Positions 63,288 through 64,000 of a DNA stretch of 64,000 nucleotides are shown here, in pieces; positions within the stretch are counted from its first letter, which is position 1, and every line of letters starts with the position of its first letter. A program made the position numbers and the translations under genes. Under the pieces are notes generated by a model that saw nothing but the letters and a program-made list of their open reading frames with translations, made no database searches and had not been told where the DNA came from. The stretch is from Cyanophora paradoxa CCMP329 (Eukaryota > Plantae > Glaucophyta): contig QPMI01000062.1 in NCBI GenBank assembly GCA_004431415.1, forward strand, positions 496,001-560,000, read 5' to 3'.

Positions 63288-63445
63288 CTACAGTGGCCGC
63301 GGGGCCCCTGCGCCGGGCTTGGGCCGGCGCCAGGTGGAGAAGCGCTCGACCGTCCCGAGAACGTCGTCCTTGCGCACCGGCCTGCGGGGCGGGGCGGGTC
63401 AGCGCGGGCTGCGGGGCGGGGCGGGGCGGCGCGCTTGGCGAGGAG

Positions 63446-63476
<31 letters not shown>

Positions 63477-64000
63477 AGCGACTCCGCCACCACGTTCGCC
63501 GTCAGCGCCTGCCCCGCCCCGCCTCGACCCGAGGGCGCAGCGCGGCACGCGGCGGGCGCGGGCGCACGACGATGGCGGAGGGCGGGCCCCCGTCTCCCCC
63601 GCCGCCTCCTGCCCCGCCCGTCAGCGCACCTGGCGCGGGGCGGGGCAGGCGGGGCGGGCGGGGCAGGGCGGGCCAGGCGGCGGATCTCGCGGGTGGCCCC
63701 CGTCCCGTCCAGCACCGGCATCTGCCCCCGGCCGGCGGCGTCACGGGGCCGGGGTACAGGGGCGCGGGCCTCGGGCGGGGGTACGCGCCTCCATGTCCAT
63801 GAAGACGACGCGGTACGGGGCCTCGCCCCGCGCCGCCCTGCGCCCCGTGAGGCGGGGCGCCCGGGGCGCGGGCGTGGGCGCGGGCGGGGCAGACCGGGCG
63901 CGGACGCGGTCGAGGGCCTCGGCGCCGTGGACGGCCTCGTCGCACGCGAGGCCGCCCTTCTTCAGCAGCGACGCGCACACCTTCCGGCTGCCGGCGGGTC
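63288..64000 (-). CDS. Hybrid sensor histidine kinase copy 3, C-terminal receiver exons only (truncated by the window edge)
   Basis: [34 protein letters not shown]|[41 protein letters not shown]|PVRKDDVL, stop at 63288-63290. Confidence 0.88.

Noticed and set aside
46440-64000. Bacterial contamination as the source of the two-component genes
   Set aside because: The genes carry many spliceosomal introns with the same signals as the neighbouring eukaryotic genes.

Overview
This is eukaryotic nuclear DNA from a GC-rich, intron-dense flagellated protist or alga (it encodes IFT70; the species cannot be determined from the window). Most introns are about 50-90 nt, have GTGCGC- or GCGCGC-type donors and a CTGAC branch motif, and fragment the genes, so the supplied ORF track is largely spurious. 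Genes were reassembled by eye from conserved motifs. In order: a secreted protein with at least 5 LamG domains (runs off the left edge); an intergenic region with a hAT-type MITE and a decayed AT-rich element; a JmjC + Zn-finger protein carrying five divergent AP2-like repeats; then four compact divergent pairs, DHDDS / GCKR-MurQ-like, XRN2 / Gemin5, POLD2 / securin-like and PH-DDHD phospholipase / IFT70; THI4; and a tandem array of at least 3 hybrid histidine kinases (TM-dCache-TM-HAMP-PAS-PAS-HisKA-HATPase-pseudoREC-REC) running off the right edge. The best novelty candidates are the JmjC-AP2-repeat fusion, the diversifying Cache-sensor kinase array with a phytochrome-type PAS, the KEN/D-box securin candidate, the GCKR homolog retaining MurQ catalytic motifs, a recurrent GGGTAC start-proximal motif, and 4-nt and 8-nt micro-exons. 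CDS coordinates span introns, and internal exon boundaries were only partly resolved.
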